Source: Spirochaetota bacterium
GTDB lineage: Bacteria; Spirochaetota; UBA6919; CBDBPB01
NCBI GenBank assembly: GCA_965208615.1
Contig: CBDBPB010000003.1
Span: forward strand, 64,001 to 128,000
Direction of reading: 5' to 3'
Length of the DNA stretch: 64,000 nt
The notes beneath the pieces were generated by a model that worked only from the letters and a program-made list of their open reading frames with translations, was not told the DNA's origin and made no database searches. Numbering within the stretch: position 1 is the stretch's first letter; every line of letters begins with the position of its first letter. Of the stretch, positions 21,352 through 31,327 are shown in pieces. The translations under genes and the position numbers were made by a program.

Positions 21352-24115
21352 GGGATATTTTAATAGGTATCAATAAATTAGTAGCAGACTCCATTGTATT
21401 AATAATCATATTTTTCATTAGATTTACTTCACTTTTATGCACTTCAAAAACCAATTCATCGTGCACTTGGATAGTCATAAAGCTTTTCAATTGTTTTTCA
21501 CGAATTTGCTTATCAAGCCTTACCATGGCAATCTTAATAATATCAGCAGATGTACCTTGAATAGGGGTATTTAGAGCTAAACGCTCGCCAAACTTGCGTT
21601 CAGGAATACTATTACTATTAAGTTCAGGTATATAACGAATTCTATTAAATAATGTAGTAACAAATCCGGATTTATAAGCGAGTTCTTTTTGAGTTTCTAT
21701 ATACTCCCTTACCCCCTTATACTCGTCAAAATATCTATCAATAAAGTTTTTTGCCTCTTTAGCACTAACTTTTAAGTTTTTAGATAAAGCATTAGCTCCT
21801 ATACCATAAATCACAGAAAAGTTAATAGTTTTAGCAATACGCCTTTCATCATTGGTAATATGGCTTTTACCAAAGATCAACTTTGCTGTTTGACCATGAA
21901 TATCCTTATCATTAGTATAGGCCTCTATTAACCTTGGATCTTTTGAAACATGAGCAAGTATCCTAAGCTCAATCTGGGAGTAGTCTGCACTCATTATAAT
22001 AAAGTCATTTTTTGCTATAAATCCTTTTCTTATATTACGGCCAATGTCTTCTTTTATAGGTATATTTTGCAGGTTAGGGTTATTTGATGATAGACGTCCT
22101 GTTTGGGTGATAGCCTGGTTAAACGATGTATGCACTCTATTATTTTTATCAGCAAGTTTTGCTATAGAGTCAAGATAGGACGACTTTAATTTATTTAATT
22201 TTCTATATTCGAGAAGATTATAGGGTACTTCGTGTTTATCCGATAAGGACTCTAATACAGATACATCAGTTGAATATCCTGTTTTAGTTTTCTTACCCGG
22301 TTTTAGTTTTAGCTTATTAAAAAGTACATCGCTAAGCTGTTTGGGCGAGTTAATATTAAACTTTATACCAACAAGATCATGTATATAATTTTCAAGAGCT
22401 TTTAACCTTTCATCAATAGTCAAGGACATATTTCTAAAGTGTTTAATATCAATGAGTACTCCATTAATTTCCATTTTTGCAAGGACAAAAATTAAAGGTA
22501 GCTCAACATCATAATACAAGCTATGCAACATAGAGTTATCTAATAAGGATTTTAACTTTTCATAAAGACGCAGGGTTATATCAGCATCCTCACAGGCGTA
22601 GTTTAGTACCTTATCAAAGGTTATATCCAAAAGAGTCTGATTTTTACCAACTATATCACTATATTTTACCGTATCATAATTAAGGAATTCCTTAGCTATA
22701 TAGTCCATTCCATGACTATACCTACCAGGATTTAAAAGGTAAGATGCAATCATAGTATCAAAGATAACACCATTGAGATTTATATTGCATTCTCTTTTCA
22801 GGACAATATAATCATATTTAATATTTTGTCCTATTTTTTTAATATTATCGTCCTCACAAATATATTTTAGGTCATCATAAACGCTATCCCAAGTCAGATT
22901 ATAGTTATCCCACTGACTGCTCCATATACTAAAGGGCTGATCATTATTAAATAAGTCATTATTATTTATACTCTTAGGCATTATGGGCATAAAGTAAGCA
23001 ACTTTAGGTTTAGTAGAAAAGGAAATACCTATAATTTTAGCTTTCATAGGGTCTTCTGAGTTAGTTTCGAGGTCAATGGATAATAACTTATGATTTTTAA
23101 TTTCTTCAATTAGTTTTTTAAAGTCCTCAAGATTAAGGATTGGACTATAGTTAATATTACTATATAGTTTTTCATTTAATTCTTTTTTGTAGTTAGTTAT
23201 GTTAACATTACTATTTATTTCATTGTATGATTTATGTTTAAGAAAGATTTCATCTCTTAGTATGGTGAATAGTTCATAATGTTCTAGTAGTGCAATTCCT
23301 TCTTTGCTATGGAGGCTTGGATTAGCAAAGTTATTTAGGCTAAAGTCAATTGGAACATGACGATCAATAGAAACTAGTTTTTTACTAAGAAAAGCATTTT
23401 CTTTATCATTTATAAGGGAGTCTTTTAGTCTTTTTTTAATAACTTTATCAATGTTATTATAAATATTATCCACGCTATCGTATTCGTTAATTAGCTTCAG
23501 TGCCGTCTTAGGACCAATACCCTTTACACCAGGTATATTATCAGAGCTATCCCCCATTAGTGCAAACAAATCTATGATTTTATCAGGATAAACGCCCCAT
23601 TTTTCTTTAACTTTATTTTCGTCGTATTTTACTAACTCACTGACTCCTTTTGACGTAGTTAAAACTTTAGTATTACTTCCCACCAGCTGTAATATATCCT
23701 TATCCCCAGTTATTATGTATAAGTCGATATTTTGGTTTTTATATTTTTCACAGATAGTACCAATGATATCATCTGCCTCATAGCCGTTTTTTTGTAGCAT
23801 AAAGAGTTTAAACTTATCAATTAGATCGATTATCAATGGAATCTGTATTTTTAGGTCATTAGGCGGATCAGATCTATTTGCCTTATACTCGCTATACATA
23901 GTATGTCTAAAAGTGGCTACAGGGCTATCCAGAGCTATAACAAAGTAATCCGGATTATAGTCCTTAAAGAATTTTATCAACATACGAACAAAGCCAAATA
24001 TAGCTGATGTAGGTTCACCTTTTGAAGTTCGTAATGGCGTATTTATAAAGGCATAAAAGGCTTTAAAGATTATAGTAAAGCCATCCATTATAAATAATTT
24101 TTTTTTATTTTTCAC
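21317..24115 (-). CDS. polA: DNA polymerase I
   Basis: 5'-3' exonuclease (EADDIIG, GDSSDNIPGVKGIGPKTA), 3'-5' exonuclease (DLET, YACEDAD), ADYSQIELR, AKTINFSVIYG and QVHDELVFE. Confidence 0.98.
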   Translation of the reverse strand: MKNKKKLFIMDGFTIIFKAFYAFINTPLRTSKGEPTSAIFGFVRMLIKFFKDYNPDYFVIALDSPVATFRHTMYSEYKANRSDPPNDLKIQIPLIIDLIDKFKLFMLQKNGYEADDIIGTICEKYKNQNIDLYIITGDKDILQLVGSNTKVLTTSKGVSELVKYDENKVKEKWGVYPDKIIDLFALMGDSSDNIPGVKGIGPKTALKLINEYDSVDNIYNNIDKVIKKRLKDSLINDKENAFLSKKLVSIDRHVPIDFSLNNFANPSLHSKEGIALLEHYELFTILRDEIFLKHKSYNEINSNVNITNYKKELNEKLYSNINYSPILNLEDFKKLIEEIKNHKLLSIDLETNSEDPMKAKIIGISFSTKPKVAYFMPIMPKSINNNDLFNNDQPFSIWSSQWDNYNLTWDSVYDDLKYICEDDNIKKIGQNIKYDYIVLKRECNINLNGVIFDTMIASYLLNPGRYSHGMDYIAKEFLNYDTVKYSDIVGKNQTLLDITFDKVLNYACEDADITLRLYEKLKSLLDNSMLHSLYYDVELPLIFVLAKMEINGVLIDIKHFRNMSLTIDERLKALENYIHDLVGIKFNINSPKQLSDVLFNKLKLKPGKKTKTGYSTDVSVLESLSDKHEVPYNLLEYRKLNKLKSSYLDSIAKLADKNNRVHTSFNQAITQTGRLSSNNPNLQNIPIKEDIGRNIRKGFIAKNDFIIMSADYSQIELRILAHVSKDPRLIEAYTNDKDIHGQTAKLIFGKSHITNDERRIAKTINFSVIYGIGANALSKNLKVSAKEAKNFIDRYFDEYKGVREYIETQKELAYKSGFVTTLFNRIRYIPELNSNSIPERKFGERLALNTPIQGTSADIIKIAMVRLDKQIREKQLKSFMTIQVHDELVFEVHKSEVNLMKNMIINTMESATNLLIPIKISLAYGENWDEAH

Positions 24116-24331
24116 AATTTACTCCTAATTAGACATAATAATTAAAGTCTATTAGTTAGTTTATAAGGCTGTTAATTGGTAGTTTATTAATTATAGTAAA
24201 TTATTTTTCTTAAGCTTAATAGTTTTTTTATTTTCTTATTGTTAGTTGCCAATAAGCAGTATTGAACTTGTTTTAGTTTTATATCATGGTTATCTTAGAG
24301 GTATAAATTCAATATAACACTTTTCAATTAG

Positions 24332-24508
24332 AACATTTTTGTAAAAGCTTTAAAAAAAGGTGAAACTCGTACTGAAGACGAAAAGTCCTGGACTACTGCT
24401 TATAGTGATCTACAAAAGGCTATTGTGGAGGAAGATGGCAGTTTTATAAAAAAGAAGAATGCAAAAGACCTATCTGGAAAAGACTTAGCTAATATCTACA
24501 TACCTTAA
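24332..24508 (+). pseudogene. Remnant of a parallel beta-helix-type protein N-terminus
   Basis: Start-less frame after an in-frame TAG (24329-24331) reads NIFVKALKKGETRTEDEKSWTTAYSDLQKAI..., resembling the I-Y-V...G.SW..A..DLQ.A motif. Confidence 0.4.
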
Positions 24509-24509
24509 T

Positions 24510-25988
24510 TTATAAAGGTTTACTTAATTTAAGTCTATTAAGTGCAGGCTGTATTAGATTTGGATGTACACCTCTAATTTGTTTTACTAAAACATTCATC
24601 ATATTTTTAATATCCCACTGGGCTTGATCGGTCATTCGTAGATTTATAAGGTGATATAGCTCCCAAAGACTAAACTCACCAATTACTCTACGATAATGTC
24701 CATTAGTAACTGTATAGTGGGCTGTAAAAGGGCATAACTTTTCTAATAACCTAAACATATCAAAACTTTTGTCCATAGCCGTATTATAAATATTTGTTAA
24801 GTTAGCCTCTTCTATTTTAGGCGGGACTATATAATCATTATCCACTGTTGGATATTGCCATGTAAAGTTAACTTTTCTGTGTCGTAAAAATTGATGCCAT
24901 AAGCTTTCTGATATATTAAATTCAGCTTTATACATAATGCTTTCAAACGAGTTAGGAGGGGTATCATAGGTGCTAAAATTATGGATGATTTTATTAAATA
25001 AGCTTATTTTATCATTATAGCTTTTTTTCTTAATATTGTTAGATACACCGGATATACTATTATTACTTTGTTCATAGAGCATAGTTTTTAGGATAATATT
25101 TAATGCCGTCTCTTCGGGGTTAGGATTATTTTTTCCTGTAAAGTCCAATAACAAAGCCATAGGTTTTGTTTTATTATTTTCTATTTTGTAATTATTAATT
25201 TCGTTAATTATAATTTCTTTTGATTTGATTGTAAAGTCGTTTACATTGGCATACTTAACCAGAGTAGGTAAAACAGACATAACTTCTTTTTTAATAGCCT
25301 CACCGTTAATACGTACTTCTGTGTATTCACTGGATAGTAAATTAGTTATTGTATTCTCTATAGCTCTTGCATTAGCGGTTATCCCTAGATTAGTAAAGGT
25401 AGATAGGGTTAATACATAGCGTGCATCTTCGAATGATAGTTTTTGTATACGGTTATGATATGAGCTTTCATTTTCATTAGTGGGTTTAGTTTTTTGGTAG
25501 TGGGATATTAATAATTTTAGTAGGTCTTGATATATGTTATATATATCATTTTGGAAGGTTAGATATTTATTTTTGAGTTTACTATTTTTATTTAGTTCTT
25601 GTGGTATATAGAAGTCGCCTTGTTTGGGCATTTGATATCTTTGGGAATACTCTATGGGGGATATATATAAGTTAGACCTCTCTAATATGGCAGAAAATAA
25701 TCTGGATACCTTTTCTATACCAAGATGGACTGTAGCAAGTTCAGCTACTGAGGCGTGTCCATAGTTTAGTACCCATTTTTCGTGGAACTCTTTAGCCTTA
25801 TCTTCTGTTACCTGTAATAGGTTATCCCTAAAGCTGTTTGGACTACGGCTTACATAAGCAAATATTACTGCTATTACTTCCTCTGGCAGGTTGGATATGC
25901 TATATATATTTTCGTTTAGGTTGGATACATAATTTAGTAATTGTTGTTTATTATTGTTCATATAATTTAGCTTTATTACTTTATTCAT
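24510..25988 (-). CDS. thyX: Tandem-domain flavin-dependent thymidylate synthase
   Basis: AYVSRS, YGHASVAE, EYSQRY and DARYVL in domain 1; QFLRHR, HLINLR and AQWDI in domain 2. Confidence 0.85.
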   Translation of the reverse strand: MNKVIKLNYMNNNKQQLLNYVSNLNENIYSISNLPEEVIAVIFAYVSRSPNSFRDNLLQVTEDKAKEFHEKWVLNYGHASVAELATVHLGIEKVSRLFSAILERSNLYISPIEYSQRYQMPKQGDFYIPQELNKNSKLKNKYLTFQNDIYNIYQDLLKLLISHYQKTKPTNENESSYHNRIQKLSFEDARYVLTLSTFTNLGITANARAIENTITNLLSSEYTEVRINGEAIKKEVMSVLPTLVKYANVNDFTIKSKEIIINEINNYKIENNKTKPMALLLDFTGKNNPNPEETALNIILKTMLYEQSNNSISGVSNNIKKKSYNDKISLFNKIIHNFSTYDTPPNSFESIMYKAEFNISESLWHQFLRHRKVNFTWQYPTVDNDYIVPPKIEEANLTNIYNTAMDKSFDMFRLLEKLCPFTAHYTVTNGHYRRVIGEFSLWELYHLINLRMTDQAQWDIKNMMNVLVKQIRGVHPNLIQPALNRLKLSKPL

Positions 25989-26230
25989 AACAAATTATTC
26001 GGGATATTTCATTAATTATGAATTATTTTTTGTTTTATTTTGTTATTGATGGTTTATGTTCAAAGGGGTTTATTAGTATATTAAAATTTAATTTTTATTT
26101 TTTAAGGTTTGCTAAAATTGTTATATTTTTATTTTCTATATATGAATATAATTATATTGTTTATTTTTATAGATATTATATGATATTATTTTTGATATAG
26201 CAATCTAACATTAATTTTTAAGGAAATCAA

Positions 26231-27490
26231 ATGGCTAATAATGATGATCAAAAAGAGGCTGGGTCAAAGGAAGCTAAGGCCAGTAAAGAAAAAAAGCCTT
26301 TAAAGATTAAAAAACAAGAACCTAAAGATTTTGGTATTCCAGATTTATTAGTTACATCATCTCCACATATAAGGTCTAAGGACAGTATTAAAACTATAAT
26401 GTGGGGGGTATTTTTTGTTTTATTACCTGCGGCTATTTGGGGTATTATTCATTTTTCTTTAGGGGTTAATTTAGTATTATCGGGTTCTGTATTTTTTGAG
26501 TATGACGCTGATTTGGTTAAAAATGGATTTATTATTACTATTTTGACTAGTAAGGCGTTACATCATTTATTAGTGGGCATTATTTTTTCTGTTTTGACTG
26601 AGGGTATAATTAACTATATTAGAAAGCAAAGGGTAACCTATTTTGATGGTAGTGCCGCTCTTACTGGTATTTTATTAGCTATGACCTTGCCCCATACTGC
26701 ACCTTTATTCGTAACTGGGATTAGTTCTGTATTTGCTATTTCGGTTGTAAAACATTTATTTGGCGGATTAGGAAGTAATTTTTTAAATCCTGCTTTAGCT
26801 GGTAGAGTATTTGCTGGTGCTGCTTGGCCTGCTATTGTGTATAACCAAGAAAAATATGTTATAGATTCTACGTCATCGGCTACACCTCTTGAGCTAATGA
26901 AGAACGTAAAGATTTTGAGTGCAAAAAAAGAAGAATTAACTATGGATCTTAATAGTGCTACTGATAAGCAAGCTGATATTATTAATACTCAGATTAATGA
27001 TATGACCAGTAATATTAGTGGTTTTGAGAATGAGGTTGCTAATTATAATTGGTTTGATTTAATATTTGGTAATACTGGTGGGTCTATTGGTGAGGCATCA
27101 GAGGTTTTATTATTAGTTGGAGCTATTTATCTTTTTATTAAGCATTATATTACATTTGAGGTTCCATTTAGTTATATTGGCACGGTATTTATATTGAGTT
27201 ATTTTATTGGTGGAGTTGATGTTTTTGATTTAGGTTTTGCTTTGTACAGCATATTATCCGGGGGATTAATTTTAGGTGCTTTTTATATGGCAACTGATAT
27301 GGTCACAATACCTCTTTTGTGGAAGGGGCGTCTTATATTTGGCATTGGATGCGGTATAATAACGGTTTTTATTAGGTTGTATGGTGGTTATCCTGAGGGT
27401 GTTGCTTTTGCTATACTGCTTATGAACCTTGTTACTCCATTTATAGATAGGATAACTGTTCCGAGGATATTTGGTCATGCGAAACAGTAG
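26231..27490 (+). CDS. rnfD: Rnf electron transport complex subunit D
   Basis: SSPHIR, IMWGV, DGSAALTG, FGGLGSNFLNPALAGR, SATPL FMN site, GSIGE, MATDMVT and GGYPEG. Confidence 0.95.
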   Translation: MANNDDQKEAGSKEAKASKEKKPLKIKKQEPKDFGIPDLLVTSSPHIRSKDSIKTIMWGVFFVLLPAAIWGIIHFSLGVNLVLSGSVFFEYDADLVKNGFIITILTSKALHHLLVGIIFSVLTEGIINYIRKQRVTYFDGSAALTGILLAMTLPHTAPLFVTGISSVFAISVVKHLFGGLGSNFLNPALAGRVFAGAAWPAIVYNQEKYVIDSTSSATPLELMKNVKILSAKKEELTMDLNSATDKQADIINTQINDMTSNISGFENEVANYNWFDLIFGNTGGSIGEASEVLLLVGAIYLFIKHYITFEVPFSYIGTVFILSYFIGGVDVFDLGFALYSILSGGLILGAFYMATDMVTIPLLWKGRLIFGIGCGIITVFIRLYGGYPEGVAFAILLMNLVTPFIDRITVPRIFGHAKQ

Positions 27491-27529
27491 CTTTTATTTA
27501 TGTTTTTTTAGTCTGGAGGATTATTTATA

Positions 27530-28207
27530 ATGAGTACTATGACTGATTTTACTAGTCCATTTTTTAAAGAGAATCCTGTATTAACATTGTTATTAGGTTT
27601 ATGTCCTGCTTTAGCTGTATCCAATCAGGCTATTAATGGTTTGGGTATGGGGATTGCTACTACCTTTGTTTTAATTGGCTCTAATGTTGTAGTATCCTCG
27701 TTAAAGAAGTACATACCTGATAAGATTAGAATACCGTCATACATTATAATAATAGCCTCTTTTGTTACACTGGTAAAGATTTTGATGAAGGCGTATATGT
27801 ATGATTTATCTTTAGCCCTTGGTATATTCATCCCACTTATTGTGGTTAACTGTATGATTTTGGGTAGGGCAGAGATATTTGCTAGTAAGAACAGTGTATG
27901 GAGGTCATTTATAGATGCTCTGGGTATGGGAATATCATTTACTATTACCCTTACGATTTTATCTATACTCCGTGAGGTACCTGGTAGTGGAGAGATTACA
28001 TTTAAGTTAAACTATGGCGAAGAGGTGTTGGGAACGGTTTATGATTTAAAGCCATATTTTACTATGATTGGTTTAGAGATAAAGGGTAAGGCATCATCCA
28101 TATTGGTATTTATAATGCCTGCTGGAGGGTTTATTGTACTGGGTTTATTTTTAGCTTTATTTAACAGGTTAACCACTAAGACTGAGAGTAAAGGTGGACA
28201 CTGTTAA
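27530..28207 (+). CDS. rnfE: Rnf electron transport complex subunit E
   Basis: ENPVLTLLLGLCPALAV, IRIP and FIPLIVVNCMILGRAE. Confidence 0.95.
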   Translation: MSTMTDFTSPFFKENPVLTLLLGLCPALAVSNQAINGLGMGIATTFVLIGSNVVVSSLKKYIPDKIRIPSYIIIIASFVTLVKILMKAYMYDLSLALGIFIPLIVVNCMILGRAEIFASKNSVWRSFIDALGMGISFTITLTILSILREVPGSGEITFKLNYGEEVLGTVYDLKPYFTMIGLEIKGKASSILVFIMPAGGFIVLGLFLALFNRLTTKTESKGGHC

Positions 28208-28260
28208 TTTATACATTATTGTTTGGAGAAAAGTGATATATTAATATAGACGAGGTTATT

Positions 28261-28872
28261 ATGGAATATTTATCAGTTTTTGTTGCCGCTATATTTGTTA
28301 ACAATTATGTATTAACAAAGTTTCTTGGTATATGTCCGTTTATAGGGGTTTCAAAGAAGTTGGACTCTGCAATAGGTATGGGTTTTGCTGTAACTTTTGT
28401 AATGACATTAGCCGCAACAGTTACTTATTGGGTGTATAAGGTTTTGGTATATTTTAATATTGAGGTATTTGATACTCTGGCATTTATTTTAGTGATTGCA
28501 TCTTTAGTCCAGCTTGTCGAAATGATCATAGAAAAGTTCACACCTCATTTATATAAGAGTTTGGGTATATTTTTACCGCTTATAACCACTAACTGTGCGA
28601 TATTAGGTTTAGCTCAGTTAAACATACAATATTTACAAGAGCCGTCCTATAGGTTTAATTTTATAAAGAGTGTTGAGCAGGGTTTTGCATCGGGTATAGG
28701 TTTTACTTTGGCATTAGTTTTGATGGCCGCTGTAAGAGAGCGTTTAGAGTTTGCCAATATCCCAAGAGTATTTAAGGGAGCACCTGTTACATTTATTGCT
28801 GCTGGTCTTATGGCATTGGCTTTTCAGGGTTTTGCTAATTTAGTATCCCTTAAGGTATCTTTAGGGAATTAG
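28261..28872 (+). CDS. rnfA: Rnf electron transport complex subunit A
   Basis: NNYVLTKFLGICPFIGVSKK and LGIFLPLITTNCAILG. Confidence 0.96.
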   Translation: MEYLSVFVAAIFVNNYVLTKFLGICPFIGVSKKLDSAIGMGFAVTFVMTLAATVTYWVYKVLVYFNIEVFDTLAFILVIASLVQLVEMIIEKFTPHLYKSLGIFLPLITTNCAILGLAQLNIQYLQEPSYRFNFIKSVEQGFASGIGFTLALVLMAAVRERLEFANIPRVFKGAPVTFIAAGLMALAFQGFANLVSLKVSLGN

Positions 28873-28931
28873 CTTTTTTTATTAACTTTATTTATAAAGA
28901 TAGTTATAATTTAGAAAAGGGGTAAGTTAAG

Positions 28932-29795
28932 ATGATTATTTTATGGTCTGTTTTATCTGTAGCCTTATTGGCATGGTTATTCGGTTTTGGATTAGCTGTG
29001 GCACATAAAAAGCTGGCTGTTGAGAAAGATCCTAAGATAAAAGAGGTTGAGGATTCCTTACCTCAGGTTAATTGTGGTGCATGTGGTTATCCTGGATGTG
29101 CTGGATACGCTGATGCTGTTGTGGTAGAGGGAGTAGATATTAATTTATGTCCACCTGGTGGGGATAGTTTAATTAAAGTATTGGGGCATATTTTAGGTAA
29201 AGAGGTCAAAGAGACTGAAGAGAAGCTTATTGCAAGGATTTTATGTAGTGGTCATCTTGCTAATTCCAGGCAGAAGTATTTGTATAACGGGATTACAGAT
29301 TGCAATCAGGCTGTTAATATGTTTGGAGGATCAAAGGAGTGTCCTCATGGTTGTGTTGGTTTGGGGAGTTGTGTTAGGGCTTGTCCATTTGAGGCTATTT
29401 ACATAACCAAGGATTTGGATGTTATTGTTGATGAACAAAAATGTACTGGATGTGAATTATGTGTTCCTGTATGCCCTAAGGATATAATCAAGATGGTACC
29501 TGCAAGAACAAAGATTTTTAACTCTTGTAGTTCTACTGATAAGGGTGGGCCTGTAAAGAAGTATTGTAATGTAGGTTGTACTGCATGTAAGTTATGTGAG
29601 AAGGCGTGTAATTATGACGCTATTCATATAAAGGATTACTTAGCTATTTTTGACTATAACAAGTGTACTGAGTGTAATGATTGTACAGTTGTTTGTCCTA
29701 CTGAGTCTATCCAGTCGTGGATTCCTTATGCTGATATGTCTGATAGGTCAAAATTAGCTTTAGACGAAGAGGCTAATAAAAAGAAAGCTGGTTAA
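28932..29795 (+). CDS. rnfB: Rnf electron transport complex subunit B (polyferredoxin type)
   Basis: N-terminal TM helix, LPQVNCGACGYPGC, CPPGG and several CxxCxxCxxxC(P) clusters. Confidence 0.95.
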   Translation: MIILWSVLSVALLAWLFGFGLAVAHKKLAVEKDPKIKEVEDSLPQVNCGACGYPGCAGYADAVVVEGVDINLCPPGGDSLIKVLGHILGKEVKETEEKLIARILCSGHLANSRQKYLYNGITDCNQAVNMFGGSKECPHGCVGLGSCVRACPFEAIYITKDLDVIVDEQKCTGCELCVPVCPKDIIKMVPARTKIFNSCSSTDKGGPVKKYCNVGCTACKLCEKACNYDAIHIKDYLAIFDYNKCTECNDCTVVCPTESIQSWIPYADMSDRSKLALDEEANKKKAG

Positions 29796-29826
29796 AATAT
29801 TAGTTTATTTGTGTTGGATTTTTATC

Positions 29827-29854
29827 TTGACGATTTTATAAAAACTGTTATATT
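29827..29854 (+). promoter_or_regulatory. Promoter of the tRNA pair
   Basis: TTGACG-N16-TATATT with a TG extended -10, ending 12 nt before tRNA-Thr. Confidence 0.55.
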
Positions 29855-29866
29855 CTTGATATTAAT

Positions 29867-29939
29867 GCCGACGTAGCTCAATTGGTAGAGCAAGTGATTT
29901 GTAATCACTAGGTTGTTGGTTCAATTCCGACCGTCGGCT
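29867..29939 (+). tRNA. tRNA-Thr (TGT)
   Basis: Cloverleaf: acceptor GCCGACG/CGTCGGC, D arm GCTC/GAGC, anticodon arm AGTGA-TTTGTAA-TCACT and T loop TTCAATT. CCA is not encoded. Confidence 0.97.
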
Positions 29940-29942
29940 AAC

Positions 29943-30024
29943 GGGGAGATACCCAAGTGGTCAAAGGGGGCAGACTGTAAATCTGTTGACAACGTCTTCG
30001 GAGGTTCAAATCCTCCTCTCCCCA
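29943..30024 (+). tRNA. tRNA-Tyr (GTA)
   Basis: Acceptor GGGGAGA/TCTCCCC, anticodon arm GCAGA-CTGTAAA-TCTGT, long variable arm and T arm GGAGG-TTCAAAT-CCTCC. Confidence 0.96.
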
Positions 30025-30039
30025 ATAAGATTGCAGCTA

Positions 30040-30507
30040 ATGAATAAATTAGTCTTTTATATTTTTATTATACTCATCATAAATAGTTGCACTGAAGCTA
30101 TATCACCATCTCTTAAGCCTTCCACTGTTGAGAAAACTATTAAGCGATTTAATTATTGTTTAAACAAGATTGACAAGCCTCACATATTTGAAACTATTGA
30201 TCAGATCCTTATTGGAAAAGCAGAAGAAGAGCTTGACGAGCTTAATGATATAATTAGTCTTAGTAAGCGAAAACAAACTTCTTATAGGGATAAGCTTTTA
30301 CAGTATAGGGCTTATGCTAAGGCACTTAAGATCAAGATTACCGATATTCAAATAAATGGTAATGAGGCTAAGGTTTTAGCTATATTTTTTGATACCACCT
30401 TCCTTATCGAAGAGCTAAAAGTAATACATCTTAAAAAGCTAAGAGAGATATGGCGAATAGAGAGTATCATACCTGACAATAAAAAGGATATTAAAAATAA
30501 TGATTGA
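30040..30507 (+). CDS. Hypothetical lipoprotein (NTF2-like fold possible)
   Basis: Restarting at ATG 30040, after the tRNA, gives MNKLVFYIFIILIINSC, a lipoprotein signal. C-terminus has INGNEAKV...WRIESI. Confidence 0.7.
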   Translation: MNKLVFYIFIILIINSCTEAISPSLKPSTVEKTIKRFNYCLNKIDKPHIFETIDQILIGKAEEELDELNDIISLSKRKQTSYRDKLLQYRAYAKALKIKITDIQINGNEAKVLAIFFDTTFLIEELKVIHLKKLREIWRIESIIPDNKKDIKNND

Positions 30508-31327
30508 GGTTTTTAACGCTATAATACTTAGTATTATTCAGGGGTTAACAGAGTTTTTACCTATTAGCAGTTCTGGACATTTAGTTGTTGCTCAGAAGGT
30601 TTTCGACTTTAACTTTAAGGATAATCAGTTAATGAATGTTGTTTTACATTTGGGTACTACCTTTGCCATTATAATAGTGTTTAAAGATGAGCTTTTGGAT
30701 ATGTCTAAGGCAGTTTTATCCAAGAGGATATTTCATTTATTTAATATAAAGGTTATTAGAGAGGATCGGTCTTTATGGTTAATTTTTATGATCATTATTG
30801 GTACCATACCCACTGTTATAATAGGTTTATTGTTTAGGGATTTATTTAACTTAATGTATGGTAGTTTATTATTTGTATCTTTTGCATTTTTAGTTACTGG
30901 TTTTATTTTATTTTCTACGAGGTTTGTAAAGGAGCATAATAAAGATGACTATAATAACATTAGCATTTTGGATACTATTATTATAGGGTTTTTGCAAGGT
31001 ATTGCCATTACACCTGGTATATCAAGGTCAGGTATTACTATTAGTGGGGGGCTATGGAGAAAAATTAAAAGGGATAAAATTGGTAGATATTCTTTTTTAT
31101 TATCCTTGCCTGCTATTTTTGGTGCTAATATCATTAAATTTAAAGATGCTAATATTAGTGATCTTGAGTGGATGCCTTTAATTGTTGGGTTTATCGTATC
31201 ATTTATTGTTGGATATTGGGCTTTAAAGGTATTTCTTAATTTTGTTAATCGTGGTAAATTACATAATTTTTCATACTACTGTTGGACCATTGGAATTATA
31301 TCCCTAATCACGTATTATACCATTTAA
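30500..31327 (+). CDS. uppP: Undecaprenyl-diphosphate phosphatase
   Basis: QGLTEFLPISSSGHL, HLGT and PGISRSG. Confidence 0.96.
   Translation: MIEVFNAIILSIIQGLTEFLPISSSGHLVVAQKVFDFNFKDNQLMNVVLHLGTTFAIIIVFKDELLDMSKAVLSKRIFHLFNIKVIREDRSLWLIFMIIIGTIPTVIIGLLFRDLFNLMYGSLLFVSFAFLVTGFILFSTRFVKEHNKDDYNNISILDTIIIGFLQGIAITPGISRSGITISGGLWRKIKRDKIGRYSFLLSLPAIFGANIIKFKDANISDLEWMPLIVGFIVSFIVGYWALKVFLNFVNRGKLHNFSYYCWTIGIISLITYYTI

Noticed and set aside
26018-26200. 60-aa F/I/Y-rich ORF between thyX and rnfD (could it be an rnf subunit?)
   Set aside because: Low-complexity AT-rich divergent promoter region with no RBS and no RnfC/G/H features.
29867-30024. tRNA pair as an integration site for a mobile element
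   Set aside because: I saw no integrase and no duplicated tRNA 3' end in the window.
29986-30039. ORF-track start of the 173-aa ORF
   Set aside because: It overlaps tRNA-Tyr. ATG 30040 gives a proper lipoprotein signal.
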